From NCBI GenBank assembly GCA_000320545.1, contig ADNK01003482.1, forward strand, positions 66,833-130,832: DNA of 64,000 nt, in the 5' to 3' direction. This DNA is from Bigelowiella natans CCMP2755. Taxonomy: Eukaryota; Protista; Cercozoa. Both the position numbers and the translations under genes were made by a program. How positions within the stretch are numbered: position 1 is the stretch's first letter; each line of letters opens with the position of its first letter. Below, piece after piece: positions 62,601-64,000 of the stretch. Below the pieces are notes generated by a model. The model ran no database searches. It was not told the origin of the DNA and saw only the letters and a program-made list of their open reading frames with translations.

Positions 62601-64000
62601 GCTGAATGTAACCCGTTTCAGCTGTCTTACAAGCTGTATCAATCACTCCTTCTCTTCCACCCATAGCATGGAACAAGAACTCCTGTGGCGTGAGGCCTTT
62701 AAGATAAGAGTTTTCTACAAATCCGTTAGCTTCTGGTCCCAGGTCTCCCTTCTGAAAGTGCGGCAGGGTTCGATCTCGGAATCCATTAGGAATCCGCTTT
62801 CCACACACGTTTTGCTGCCCAACACAAGCGATAATCTGACTGAGGTTCATATTGTTCCCCTTGGATCCAGCCTTCACCATAGTATTGATATTGTTTCGTC
62901 TTTTCAGGCTTTTTCTAACCTCCTCCCCTAAAATAGAATAGATTATATGATGAGGATCTTTTGCAGTGATGATGATGATGATGATGATACAAGTGGTATT
63001 TAACAAAACTCTCATATTAAAAGCAGTAGCAGCGCGTTACCAGCTTTGTCGATAGTATTATTGAGTGTTGCATTGACGTCCTTCTCGAAAGTCTCCACAA
63101 TGGTCTTTCCAGGCTGTCGCTCGATCTCACCCCTTTGTGCAGTCTTGATCAACTCACGAACTTTAACCTTAGCACTCTTAATTATCTTCTTGATTTTCTT
63201 CATGGTTTCCGCAGGAGCAACTGTGTCTTCAATTCCTACCGTGTGACTGGTTTCCATGAGCCAATAGTTGACAACCCTTTGCACCTCACCGACAAAACGT
63301 TTTGTTTCTTGGGGTCCACAATCCAGCCATACTGTGTGTATCAGGCCTCCTGCTTTGGATCCCATTGTCGACTTGTCAAGATTTCCAGTCAAAAGCTGCC
63401 CTTGGACTATTTTCACAATCTGGTCGTTTGCTGACATAAACGTATCACCATCTTCAGCCCCGTTCGCTTTCTTCCAAAGATTCACCTTTGGAATGATCAA
63501 TGACATGAGTTGTTTCCCTGTCCATAAAGGCCCTGGCTTCATTATTGCAGGCTTGGGAATGTTGCCATCGAAGGAATCCATATACATCAGCAAGTTAAAA
63601 AATCTTGCTTTTGTGATAAAGCTGTCCTTGAACGTCATCTTATGCAGAGCTAAAAGAGAGTCTTGAATGATTCCCATCACCGGCCTATTGGACTGTGGAG
63701 TCACAACTTGCCACGGGGTAAGCATTATCTCTTGGGCTTCTGCTCGAGCTTGGTGTGATTGTGGCACATGAAGGTTCATTTCATCGCCATCAAAGTCAGC
63801 GTTATATGGAGATGTACACATCAAGTTCATCCTAAAGGTAGAGTATGGAAGCACTTTCACCCTATGAGCCATGATACTCATTTTATGAAGTGACGGCTGT
63901 CGATTGAATAAGACAAGATCGCCATCACATAATTGCCTTTCTACTATATCTCCCTTCTCTAAGGTCACGTCAGAGAGCTTAGGGACTTCCGACAGGTCAT
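59689..64000 (-). CDS. RPB1: RNA polymerase II largest subunit, 5' part outside the window, intron 62928-63040
   Basis: [58 protein letters not shown], and C-terminal YSPTSPS heptads. Confidence 0.99.
59800..60282 (-). repeat. RPB1 CTD: 23 consecutive YSPTSP(S/T) heptads, flanked by YTPxSPS and other variants
   Basis: 21-bp periodic coding repeat with synonymous variation. Confidence 0.95.

Overview
Gene-dense eukaryotic (protist-like) nuclear DNA with spliceosomal GT-AG introns, many filled with microsatellites. A chlorarachniophyte/rhizarian origin is a guess only. About 16 genes, almost strictly alternating in strand: Sec14/CRAL-TRIO(-, truncated), NUF2(+), ZDHHC palmitoyltransferase(-), a large PDZ plus cyclin/TFIIB-like-fold protein(+), a large hypothetical(-), HEATR3/Syo1(+), CSN8(-), homocysteine S-methyltransferase(+), ammonium transporter(-), MDR quinone oxidoreductase(-), a TPR/consortin-like tail-anchored protein(+), an acylated ubiquitin-like protein(-), RPL29(+), a Cys-less pentameric ligand-gated channel(-), a possible small hypothetical(+), a Tudor+Kelch protein(+) and RPB1(-, 5' truncated). 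All seven tail-to-tail gene junctions hold an island of decayed repeat-like DNA, including at least seven 3' fragments of one LINE family and two related TIR elements. The main finding is that these islands have lost TpA dinucleotides except in CTAG, apparently by TA->TG/CA change. One ~2 kb island has only 9 TpA and no Tyr codon in any frame, and conserved LINE tyrosines read as Cys/His. This points to a repeat-targeted A:T->G:C hypermutation process, opposite in direction to fungal RIP. Exon models were spliced by eye, so multi-exon coordinates are gene spans.
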